Assembly (NCBI GenBank): GCA_023213395.1
Contig: CM041465.1
Coordinates: 192,207,741 to 192,271,740 of the forward strand
Reading direction: 5' to 3'
DNA: 64,000 nucleotides
From: Cycas panzhihuaensis
Lineage: Eukaryota; Plantae; Cycadophyta
Both the position numbers and the translations under genes were made by a program. Every line of letters begins with the position of its first letter. Position 1 is the stretch's first letter. This document shows positions 10,560 to 23,426 of this stretch, piece by piece. The notes beneath the pieces are model-generated. The model made no database searches. It saw nothing but the letters and a program-made list of their open reading frames with translations, and was not told where the DNA came from.

Positions 10560-13500
10560 TCCAATAGGCAAGTGCTTATTTTGTTTCAAGAGTGAACATT
10601 GGAGATCAAATTGTCCTTGTGAGAAATATGGAAATAATCACATGCACATGTCCTAAATATGGACCATGTAATTAGGGAACAAATCATTATCCATTCAATA
10701 CAAGACTTACTAATTTTACAATGGTAATACCAAATATGCCCAAATCATTAAATTGTCAAACAAGAAGCAGTTTGCAAACCCAACAAAAAGAATAAAAATT
10801 AGATTACCTTGATCTGCAAGTAGAGATTGATCACTTTATAATGGAAAAGGTGGTATTGGAACAAGCAATGAAGGAATCTAAAGTGAATAAACCACAATTA
10901 CCATAACCCAAGATAGAGAATGTATATCAGAGAAGGGGAGTACAAAAAGACAAAGAAGTTGCACTAACCATACAAGTGCCTATGATAGAATATGACTAAT
11001 TATTTTAGAATATACTAATGGATGACATACATAAAATGTTGTTATTAATAGAGAATTTGGTGAAATAATTATAATTAATAATTCTATTGACACAAGTGAT
11101 AATGTGGATCAAATTAAGATTGTTGCGAGTAAAAAATTCCAAAGGAAACATTTAAAGTATAAATGAAGTTTTACCATTATTTGATGAAGATTCCAAAGTA
11201 ACCATAATGGCATTGAGAGAGACTTTTGACAATGTGATCATTGATGATAGTACAATAATGAATTCATTACATGTGCAAATATGGAAATGCTTGGGGAGCC
11301 TAAGCATGCTACTTGTGGTATACTCACTAAATTTAGCCAATGAAACATAGATCTAACCCCTAAGGAAGGTGTTAGATGTCAAGGTGAATGTAGAAGGCGT
11401 ATAGTGCCAATGGCATTTGCAATATTAAAAATGATAGAAGGGATGATTCCTTACCCATGTTTGCTTAGACAATCGTGGTTATATGAAACATAATGCTTAC
11501 AAAATTAGAAAACTTAAACATTCACATTATTTTAGAATGAGAAGGGAGTGACTCCATTTATGGTAAGAAAATAAAAGAATCTAATTGAAGTAATTCTAGG
11601 CGATGCTTTGAGTACTACAATTGCTAGCCAAAGTACAACCTTATCGCTCAATGAAATAAATGTGTATATAATGATGGAAAAGATAATGACTATGAATAAT
11701 TAATATGAAGATGAGCTAAATGGCTTAGATGAACTAGACCTAGAGTTAAATTTTGATGGAGAAGAGACCAAGAACCTTTTAGGGAAATGGTTGAAGGGTT
11801 ATACAAGGTTCCCAACCTCTCTTTCTGATATACTTTGTTGCCCAAGACCTATGACTATGCCAATATAACAGATGATGACAATATTACTTATTTGAATGTA
11901 GTAAATAATGATAATATTATTAGCCTTAGTTTAAATAACACAGTTAGTACTGAAGACATTAATTCTCTAAGCAGGAACCTAGAAATGGTAAAAAGATAAG
12001 AAAGGGAAAATAAAATAGATAATTATGGATTAAATTCTATTATAAATGAATAAAATTTTGAGTTTGTTGAAAATTTAACTATTCAAGAGAATTTATTTAG
12101 TAGTCATATTTCTAGATCGAATCCTAATCCTCTCATAGTGAAACTAATAATGGTTTTATCTCAAACCCTAGCCCTTTATTATCCCCTAAATTAGGTGTTG
12201 GGAAAAGTCTAGTCTTGCTTTAATCCCCTCCACCTTCCCCTAGGGTCTCCAACCCTGATACTTTCCTACCCTTCCCTAAGGCTAGTAATCGTATCTCCCC
12301 TTGCATCTTTTCGATGGAAACCACCCATAGTATCTTGTTATCCTCTACCAGGGTTAATTTAGAAGAAGGCTCTAGCTTTGAGGACTCCACCCTTTCATAG
12401 TAGGATCAACACACTTGACAATGATATAAATTTAAGGTTTATTACCATTAGGGACATTCTCTATTCCTTTGAAGGGAAGATAATGAAACGAATCACTTCA
12501 TCTAATGCATGGAATATTGGATGGAGTACCAAGTATAAAACTACAGTCATCGGGAAGTAAACTTTGTAACAACTCTCTAGGGACTAGCTTGGTGGTGGAA
12601 TGTGGTCTACCAATATACATTTTAAAGCTAGTTAAGGTTGAGTTACAATATGCTTTTCAGCCTTGTTTAAATACCAAAGCCTTAGGAAGCATACCTATAT
12701 TCTTAGCAGGTGACTGCCCATGGAATTGTCTTAGGAAGTGTAAAACCTTTTTGAAATCCTAAAGTATACTTAGAAAAGATTAGAGTCATTTATTTTATTA
12801 TATATTAAGTAAAATATGATAAAATTGGTTGTTAGGTAAAGAACATATTAAGGAAGCCTCATGGAATGAGTTAAAGAACTTATTCCCAAAAAATGTTTTC
12901 CTACAAATCTATAAACACCATGATTAGAAACATTTTAAAGCACATCAAGGAATTGAGTATGGAGTTAAAAACTCATGGGCACAAAATACTATTAGTTATA
13001 CCAATAAGTCATAAAGAGGAGGTAAATAAAGATAATAAAGAGGACGAAGAAACTCACAATTCCCCCCCTAATATATTTAAAATTGAATTATGAAGATCAA
13101 AGCATTAAAAACACACCTAGTCATTAGATAAACAAGGAAAACCAAGTTTAATTTTAGAACTTCAAAATAAAAAAGTTGAATATTGGAGATTAAAATAGTT
13201 TGAGAAACATAACAATCAAAGATTACTAGGATGAATGTAAGGTAGACACAAGCACTCTTTAAGGAGTTTAAAAGTGTTTTTGTATGGTCATATAAAAATC
13301 TTAAGGGCTACCAAAGATAAGAATACACCATATCAAATTAATTAAAAGGGAAAAACTAATAAAACAAAGACTTTATCATATGAAGCCAAAGTATAAAGAG
13401 AAGTTCAAAGTAGAAATTAATAAGATGTTGGAAGTAGGTCATATTTATAAAGTTGAATATAGTGATTAGGTTAGCCAGTAGTAGTTGTACCTATGAAAAA

Positions 13501-16500
13501 TGGAAAAGTAAGGATATGTATTAATTATTGACAATTGAATAAAGTGACAAAGAAAGATCCCTTTTCCATCCTTTTTACAATAGATGTTTTGAAGATTATA
13601 GGGGGAAATGAGATATGTTCCTTTATAGATGGGTTCAATAGATACAAGCAAGCGACGATTACATTGAAAGACTAACCTAAAACAACATTTGTGACTAAAT
13701 AGGGCACATATACTTATAGGGTCATGCCCTTTAGATTGACGAATGCCTTAACCACCTTCCAATGAATAATTCTTAATATCTCACATAAAATGATTGGAGA
13801 GAAGGTAATTATATCTATGGATAATTGAATTTTATATGGAATGATTAAGAATCATATTGAAAATGTTAGAGAGATGTTACAAATGTATCATGAGAATAAA
13901 CTATGTTTAAATTTAGAGAAATGTGCTTTCTTGATGCCTTTTGGAAATCTCTTGGGTTATATTGCTAATAAAGGGGGATTACTAACTAATCCCACCAAAA
14001 TATCTACAATATTGAACCTTCCTATTCCCCTAACTAGAAAATAATTAAAAGGATTTCTAAGGTTGGTAAGATATTACTAAAGATTTATCAAAGGCTATGC
14101 TTACATCTCCAAACCCTTAGAAGGGTTACTAAACAAAGATATAGAATGGGAATGGGAAAGTGAGTAACAAATTACATTTAGAGCTCTCTCAAGAGTACTT
14201 GCAACAACACCAATCTTACAATTTCTTAATTGGAACAAAGTGTTTCATGTACATGTTAATGCCTCATAGTTTGTAATTAGTTATTTCTTTACATAACCTA
14301 GTCAGAAAAATATCGATCATCCAATTACATTCATTAATAAGAAGTTAACGAGGGTAAAACATAATTATATAATAATAAAAAGAGAAAGTTTTAGGATGGT
14401 CTATGTGTTATAAAACATTTGCCACTATTTATTATTAAACCCATTTGCATTTTATGTAGATCATCAAACCCTATTGTATCTTATCAATAAACCATTATTA
14501 ATGGAAAGAGTCAGTAGATGATTGATGTTATTCTAAGCACTTTATTTAAAAATGTTGTTAAACTAGGCAAAACGCATATTATGTCCAATTAGTTATCAAG
14601 ATTTAACAATAGTGAGAAAGCAACTAGAATTCTTGATGACTTTGTAGATGCCAACTTATTCAAAGTTGAAATAGCCATGACATAATAGTATTAGGGTATC
14701 TATGAGGATTTATTGCCTAGGAAATTGCCACTAGAGCTAGATAAAGGGAAAAAATGATTTTTTGGTAAGGAAGGCATAATCTTACTAACTAAATCATGGA
14801 GAGTTATATCATCTTAGCCTTGATGATATGCTATGAAGGTATATAACATCATATAAAATTGATAAAATCATATTGCAAACACATCAAGGTATTATTGGTG
14901 GACATGTTAGTAAAGAAGTAACATGCCAAAGGATATTGAATATCAGACAATGGTGGCCCATGTTATTTAATGATATATAAAATTAGGTGAGAAAGTATGA
15001 CTATTGCTAATGTGTAGGAAAACCTTGCTGCTAAGACTTCCAACCTCTTAACCCATTCCTACCCGAAACCCCTTTTGAAAAATGGGGGATAGACATTGTT
15101 GGCTCCAAATGTCTCATGGCCAGGAGATCCCAAGCATGTTATATATTTGTTGTTATTAATTACACTACAAAATGGGTTGAAGCATAACCACTAAAAAATG
15201 TTGATACTTAGAGCACAACTCAATTCCTAGATAAAGTAATCATCATGAGATTTAATTACCCATTATAATTAGTAAGTGATCAAGGTTCCCACTCTCTTAG
15301 TACAGTTATACAAGAACTTCTAATGGCCTTTATGATCAACCATCATAAATCAACTCCATATTATCCAAGGGCAAATGAGCAAGCAGAGAGTTCTAATAAG
15401 AGTATGGAAATTGCTTATGCAAAATCTACGATATTGGTAGGTCAAATTGGGCAAAAATGTCACCCTTTATATTATAGACATGTTACACCATGTACAAGAG
15501 ACCTATAGGGTAAATACCTTTACGTTGTTGGATAATATTAATCCATAACAATATTATATTAATATAACTACCCTTTTAATGTGCACTAGGAGGTCATAGT
15601 GTGTACACTTCTTTATGTAATCCATCATTAGTTGATCAAATTGCTCCTAGATTGTGATTGAACAACTATGTAGTGATATATACTAGAAGTATGTATTGGT
15701 TTGATGCAATACAATTAAAAGTAATCCTTTCCCATAAGTATCTTATGTTATACATTTATACATATTATTCCTTATTTGTTCACCTTTATATCTTGAATAT
15801 TTCATAGTCTTATATGATCTTGGACTTGTATTGGGTATTTATTTCTAATAAGTGGTATCTGAGCCATTTTTTACTCGTATCCTATTTTTAAATTTGGTAT
15901 TGGAGCCCTAGTTTAAGCTAGTTTTAACCCCAATTAGGTTGTAAGACTATGAGTATGTCAACCTATTAAGGGTTTATCCTAAACTTATTTTAAGTATGCC
16001 TATTTGTGATCAGTGAGGTGGTAGTCTACGTGTTTATCTAGTGATGTTTTATACAGGTTATGGATGATTTTAAATAGTATTTTGTAGGCCACTTGGAGCA
16101 TGTTGGTGTCATGAGCCTAAAGTATGTTGGCATTTATACGTGAAAATCCAGTCAGAGCATGGGTGTTGCAATTATCTCAAATCTCATAGAGGTTTATCAC
16201 ATGTTTTTATTTGGTTTTAGACTATTTATGTGCATGTTTTGCCAATACACATGTAAGTGTTACACATGAGTATGAGAGTGGGACCTTAGATATAAGCCTA
16301 ATCACACTATTAAAGCCAATGATGTGGGGGGTAGGCCATTGTTTCCTCTATCATATGATGAAGTGATCATGATTGATAAGGAGGGTATTGTGGCATGGTT
16401 TGGAGCAATAGATGGTTCGTTGGCTCATGTGAAGATACTAGCATGGTTGGTTCTTTGAAACAAATCTTTCTAATTGTGAAAGAACCTATTCATATGAAGA

Positions 16501-18625
16501 AATTATTAGATAGTTGTGTGTGCAACAAAGGTTTATAGGTTTGTTGGGGGTTATTGATTGTTATTTGATGATGATAATATGTGGCTAATTTGTTTAATAT
16601 ATCTCTCATAAATTATGGTGTACTCCCTTATTTCTAATTTGGAGTAAAGATAGATGGGGTTTGTGATGAAAAAATGAGAGATCTGAGACATAAACAATGT
16701 ATGCAAGTTGTTATAAGAGCTATGGTAGTATGTCAAGGAAAAATCAAGGGTTTGTATAGTTCTGATGATGAATTACATCATTCTTTTTCCCATGTTTTAT
16801 TTATGATTGGATTTTAAAATATCTATAGATGATAAATCACTAAGTTGGCAGCCTATAAAGATGAATTAATATTATATTCATAGGTTGGGTGGCTCTATTA
16901 TATATTGGGCATATTACTATTAAGTTTGTGTGACTTCGTGAGTGATTGGGTGCCTCCCAACAAACAAAACTCAATGTTGGGTGTGTTTTTGGTAAAATGT
17001 GACATTGTTCAATTTCTAACATCCAAAACTGCATCTCTGAGGCCTTTGGATAAAAAATTAGTGGAAAATTTATATGTGGGGGTCATCAAAAGCTCCACAT
17101 CCATGCACATGTATGCGTTAAAAAATGATGGCTAAAAAATTTATTTTTTATGTTTTAAAATTATAAACTTTATGAAATTAAATTAAATCAATTTATGAAG
17201 TGTTTTGAAGTTTGCAAAGCCCCCCATCAGGTCAGATGGGTGTTTTGATACAACTAGGGACCAAATATAAAAGTCATTAATTTTTTTTTTTTTTTCACTT
17301 TTTTTCACCAAAAAGAATACTTATGTATATGAAAACTGCGATACCCCCCCTTGTATAACATCAGAATTGAGTGTCATCAATTACGTTACAAAGTTAACTC
17401 ATGAGAATTTCCAACGAGTGATTACGCGATATGGTTTGAAGAGTTTTTAGTGCAATCTTCATGGTGTGAAATTTAGACATTAGTTTAACATGGTATTAAA
17501 ATAGAGCTTGCACTTAAAAAAAGAGGTGTTTTATCATATATTTCTACTTGGATAACCATTTTTGCAAGTTTGTTCCATGGTGTAGTAGATGGGGCTCAGG
17601 GTTTTCAACTTTTTCTCTTAGAGGCATGTGTTTAACTAGGAGAACCAAAAACAAGCAAAATGGGAGCAAGTGAAGGTTGCTTAACAGATAAATATTGGTG
17701 AACCATGTATGGAAAAGCTATTCTAGAGGATTGATAGGTACAACAACTAGTTATCCATGTGCTTCAGTAGATGTTTGGCTTTTATATGGACCTAACATCA
17801 TATTTAAAGCAATTATGTGACATGAATTAGATATTAAGGGGGTGATGTTAATTCATAGAAATGCTAAATTGATGTAATTACCATGTTGATGTGCATTAAG
17901 GAGTCATGGTGCATACACTTCTTTCTGTAATCAGTCATTGATTAACCAAGTGTCTTATGAAATATGATTAGATAACCAAAAGTCGATATATACTATAAAT
18001 ATGTATTAGCTTGACATATTATAATTGAAAGTGGTCATTTCTCATAAGTAGCTTGTGTTATATGTTTATACATATTATTTTTTGTTTGTTCACATATATA
18101 TCTTTAATATCTCATGTTCTTCTATGATCCTATACCTGTATTGGGTATTTATTTCTAATAAATATTATCAAAGTTCTTCTTTGCTTGTACTTTATTTTTA
18201 TATTTATTTGGTTTATGGATTAGAGGTTATTATTTCTTATGAGTTTGAGATACCAAACATCTTCATAGCCCATGTATGCAACCTAAGAGATGAGGAATCT
18301 CTTAAGAAATGGCTATTGTAATTAATCAAATTAGAAGAAATAAGATAAATGGTTAGTTAGATACAAGTTATTAAAAAATAAAAAAATTTAATAAAAAGTG
18401 TGGCACAACTGCCATCTACGATCACAACAATTTAAGGAAGGTGATAACGTTTTATTATATGATGGAAAATTCAAGATTCATCTAGAAAAATAAAAATTAT
18501 GTTAGTTAGGCCTATATGTGATCTAATAGATATTTGATAATGGGCTAGTTTAATTGAGAGAACCAGATGGACAATAGTTGCCAAAATTGGTAAATAATAG
18601 TAAATTAAAACCCGACTATCATTAG
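10560..18625 (+). pseudogene. Degenerate gag-pol of Gypsy D
   Basis: Collinear with Y, e.g. ENKLCLNLEKCAFLMPFGNLLGYI and HHKSTPYYPRANEQAESSNK; many stops. Confidence 0.9.
15536..18160 (+). mobile_element. Small old non-autonomous LTR element (F) inside D integrase
   Basis: ~315-bp direct repeats 15536-15850 and 17846-18160; PBS TGGTATCTGAGC 15853-15864; PPT AAGGGGGTGA before 17846; no clean TSD. Confidence 0.75.
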
Positions 18626-19319
18626 AGTTAATAAAAAATCACTAGAGGAATTGGTCGATTGTACCATGAATGTATTGCTTGAAATTGAGGACAATCAAGG
18701 TTATCATGTTATCAAGAAAATTTTGATACGTTAAAAATAGAAATACAAAAATAAAAAGAAATAGAAAATATAAAAAAAAAATGCATAACTCAACATTAAC
18801 CACTTAACAACATTAAGAAGAATCTCTACGAAGACCTATAAAATCCTTAAACAATAGCATAAAAGCAAAAAGTTTTAAATACAAGTTACTTTTTAGGAAG
18901 CATCCCCAATAACATCCTATAAAATGGCTTGAGTGCTTTACATGAAAGCATTCCATTAAGAAATGGCTAAGGAATAGTTTGGTGAAAAAAATTTAAATGT
19001 TCCCAGCTATAAATTCATTTTCAATTGAATTTTATCAAAGTTTTAAGAAATTGTGGAGTGATAAGCATTTGAGAAAAGCATCAGAAGCATCATAATGAAA
19101 TTTGAGTAAGATTTGAGGCAAATTTTTTTAATTTTTTAAGTGAAACCCTATCATTATATATTTGAATAGTTTAGAGTTCATTGGAATAATTTGGAGGATA
19201 ACAATGATGGTAAACACTCCAACAAGTGTCCCTTTAAGCATTTAAAGGTATTATGGTAAATTGGTAAGTAGTTTGCATGAATTTTCATTGTGAAATTTTT
19301 GTAATTTAGAGATAGAATT

Positions 19320-20170
19320 ATGGGAACCCGATCTCCAATGTTTAGAGAATGGATATTTACAAATGACTGATGAATTTAAAGAAACCATCATTAGTGCTGG
19401 TTTGAGATAATATGTGTTGTTATCAACACTCTATTGGGACAACACATTAACAAAAGGTTTTGTGGATTTGATCATCAAAAACATGAATATACTAGAATTA
19501 TCCAAGGATCTCATTTGGAGAATAACTAAATTATTTCATTCTAAAAGGGTGTCAATTATAAATAAAAGGATGGAGGTGGATAGAGAGTTGGTTGTCCATG
19601 TATTATGTAAACCAGGTCCATGCACATTCACTAGAGGCATGAAGATTGATGACCTCTTAGATCCAAAATTGCCATGGTTGGCCAAATTTTATGTTACTCA
19701 ATTATTAGGAAAAAAGAAATTCATATATTATCTAGTAGGAATTCTAACAATTCTCTAAGAGGTGAAGGAGAAAATATCACTTAATTGGAGTGAGTACTTG
19801 GCACAATCACTCCAAAAATGATTATGTGAAATAAAAGGGATGAAAGTAATGTTTAAACATCTATTATTGTTATTAGGGCTACTATTGTTGAAATACTTAT
19901 AACATGACTATCACTAAGACAATGGAGTGAGGGAACTTCTTAAGGAGAGGGAATCACAAAAAATAAAATCTAGCAAATAAATGCATGGTTAGATGAACTT
20001 CTAAAAGAGCAGAGACAACAACAATAATAAATCCAAAAAATAGAAAAAGACTTAAAAGGACAAAATATTAGAGGTGGAAAATATTATGAAGATTAATGAG
20101 CAAATGATAGAGGAAGTATGAAAGAAGGATGTGTAAATTAACAAATTATAGGAGCAACTTAAGAGAGAAA
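19320..20170 (+). pseudogene. 3' extra ORF of Gypsy D (homologue of 31006-32008)
   Basis: DLIWRITKL...DPKLPWLAK...LNWSEYLAQSL..L.EIK...FKH aligns with Y DIVHTITRL...DVRL*WVAK...LNWSEFLAENMRQQLKEIR..FRH. Confidence 0.75.
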
Positions 20171-22462
20171 GTAAGGAGTGATATTTAATATTTATTGTGG
20201 CTCATAACCTTAGGTTGTTAGCCTCCCCTTTAAATTTTGTATTTTAATAATTATTAGCTTTTTAATGATATGTGAATTTGTGAGTCATTAGGGGTTATAC
20301 TTTTTGCCTCACATATGTTGATTCTTTTAGGATTAATATTCCAAATAGGTTTGCATAAAAGCATATATTGTGCATTATAAAGGAAAATTAGAGGAATTAA
20401 TGGAATGAAATTTATTTTTATTTTGTGAAATCAATTTTTATTAGGTGAAGAAGTTAATCCACCTACTTAAGTTTTCTCTATGTTAGTTTTGATTTCTTGC
20501 ACAGTACGAGAGCTTGTTTTTAGGTGCAATATTAACTTTTTGTTATTTGTTGTACTAATCTAGGGTTTGTTATTATATTTTAATGCTATAGGTTAGCAGA
20601 TGAGTATGTTTTATTAATTATGTATTTATACTAGGAAAAAATAGAAATGAAACTTCATCGATTTTAATCAATTAAATGTTAGTTTTTTATTGTGGATTGA
20701 ATGCCATCAAATTTGTTGAGCTTTAAGCTTAAAACACCACTAGAATAACACCCATTTGGGGGCTACAAATCTTAATGTCTATAACTTGTTATGCCCTTTC
20801 TTGGATTTGGGCCATCATGAAGATTCGAACACCTTTATTTGGAGACAACATTCAAGACTATAGAGAATGACGAATGGGAATGCCCTATATATAGGAGAAA
20901 ATAGTGCATTCATGGAGATCAAATGGAAAGGAATGATAATCTATTAATACATAGAACTAAAGAAAATACTATGTAATATGCCTTAATAACCCTGTCCAAC
21001 ATTGAAGGAAGTGTCCTTCATGTTGCCATCCTTCACATAGAGAAACCCTAAATGAAAGAGATGCAAAATCTAAGATTGAAGCTCATAGTCTTCACAGAAC
21101 CACCCAACGCATGCTAATGAATTCACAAAGTAATTTTTAATTGTTTGCATGAATATCATTGCATTCTTGGGTATGGAGTGAGCATGCAAGGTGTTAGATC
21201 TGATAGGCTTTAACACTGATCATTAATAATAGCAACAAAAATCTTAAAGTAACACCCATTTAGACATTGAAAAATATGTTTTTCTGTGAAAAGGAAACAT
21301 TACCTGCCATCTTTGGAGGGAATATTCTAAAAGAATATTCCATGTGGATTTTGGTTAACATATATTTTTTACGTTTCCAAAGTTATAGTGATATTAAATT
21401 AAATTTAATAAAATTTGGAGTTCACAACGGAGCCCCCCAACTGGTCAACCCTAGTTACATGGTCTATAGGGTGTTAGGGCATTTTTGACCAATTCAAAGT
21501 TTGTTTTGGACAAGTGAATATACGAGAGTGTCATTTTTTTTTAGATCTATAATCTAGTAGTGGTCACATGATATTTTTATACAAAATTTTAAAGAAAAAT
21601 AAAAATTAAGTATTTTTTTACTTATTTCATCTATCTGAGAGTAAATCAAGGAAGAAAATTCACAAACAACAACTACCTGTGTGTAGACTGAAGCATCCAA
21701 CATCTTTTATATTTTATTTTTATGTTATTTTAGTTACTTTCTAGATGTTTTTTGTTTTGCTTAAAATGGCTAGTGGAGGAGGTATAGTGGGTTCCACCAT
21801 TGAAAAAATGCTTGGTTTTGAAAACTATATTGCCTGGAAACTAAAAGTTAGATCATTAAAAATGGAACCAAATTAACATAATAGACATAAGTTTTATAGT
21901 AGAATTTGTCTATTATCAAATTAAATTGGCATTCACTAAGAAGCCATACACTCTAATGTAAAAATATAATACTATATAGGTGTATGTACAAGTGAGGTTG
22001 ATAACAATTGACAAAAGAACCCATAATCATCCTAACATGTGTCCTAAATCCCATTTAGGACTTTGTAACTCCTAGTGACTCACCTACCCAAGTTTGTCCA
22101 TATATGAACATTAATTTAACATTTCTCCTTAATGTTCACATCATTGGATTTAATGCAGATACAAAAATTTAAATTTATTAAATTTGTTTCTAGGTAAAGG
22201 TTTAGTGAAAATGTCAACAATTTGTTACTTTGTCGATTTCTATAAAAGTTTGACTTGTCCATTTAGGATCTACTCCTAATGAAGTGATGGTGCATCTTGA
22301 TGTGTTTGGTATGAGCATGGAATTCCAAATTCTTGGTAATTTTTAAGGTACTTTGATTATTACAGTATAGTGTAATTGTCTCATCCTAATGTAGTCCCAA
22401 ATCACCAAGCACGTACCTCAACTAGATGGCTTCATAAGTTGCTATAATAACAACTTTGTATT

Positions 22463-23286
22463 TGTTGGAGTATAAAATGATCCTATGGCTGTGAGAGGAC
22501 CAGAGGTAGGTCAAGCAACCTGAGTTGTGTAGGTATGGACCGTACGGAGGTACGCACGAGGCAAAACGGTAGAGAAATCAAAGATTCGGCACGTGTGACA
22601 AAAGCGTGCACGGAATAGTGCGTATGATGATACGCACCAGCGGTGAAATGTAATCGAGCGTAAGCTGACGCATGACTCAAAGGGACCAGTGAAGGCTGTG
22701 GAGTCGCTAAACATACGCATTTTGACGTGCGGATACAAAGAATAATTAATTAAGTGCCTAAACAAGTGATTAATGAAAGGGTATGATGAAGAATACGGTT
22801 ATGATAGGTCATAACCCTTCAGCCAAAAGGTACCAACATGAGTACTTAAGGAGGTACGCATGAACCACCAGGTTAGGGTGAGAGCCGACTATCAAAGGTA
22901 CGCAAAGGTGCGGAAGTCAGCACATATGACACGATTGAGCAAAGATTGTATGATAAGTACCATCCGAGTACGCATATGTAATGAAGGAATGTATCTTTGG
23001 AATGCTCAGGAATGCATTCCAGCCTTTGTGTAATTAAACTGATTACTTAATAAAAGGAAAAGTTACATGGAAAATGGTGTATTCTTTGTGTTGTGATGAT
23101 GAATTACTGAGTATGTGTTGATTTCTGTACTACTGTGTACCATTGTGATAGAATTCTGTGAAATATATGTGGAATGTATGTGAATGACCATGTTGACAGC
23201 ATCCTGAACTAGACTATAGCACTGTGTAACCTTGACAAGTGTAAGAGGTATCTTGTAAGTGTAATAAGATACCTCATAAGTCAACA
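22463..23286 (+). repeat. 5' LTR of Y (824 bp)
   Basis: TGTTG...CAACA; matches 32104-32929; 10-bp inverted repeat GAGGTATCTT/AAGATACCTC 23245-23275. Confidence 0.97.
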
Positions 23287-23287
23287 T

Positions 23288-23300
23288 TGGTTCCATTGCC
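23288..23300 (+). promoter_or_regulatory. Primer-binding site complementary to tRNA-Glu
   Basis: TGGTTCCATTGCC, 1 nt after the LTR; reverse complement GGCAATGGAACCA matches the plant cytosolic tRNA-Glu 3' end as I recall it. Confidence 0.75.
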
Positions 23301-23426
23301 TACGTCCGTTGAGGAGGGACAGGGCATAGGGGTTTCAAAGAAAAGAATGTGTAAACGGTAGAGGACCCTGGATGCCGTCGTGATGGCGGGCTGTAACTAA
23401 GCCACCGGCAGCCAAGGGACCTTCCA

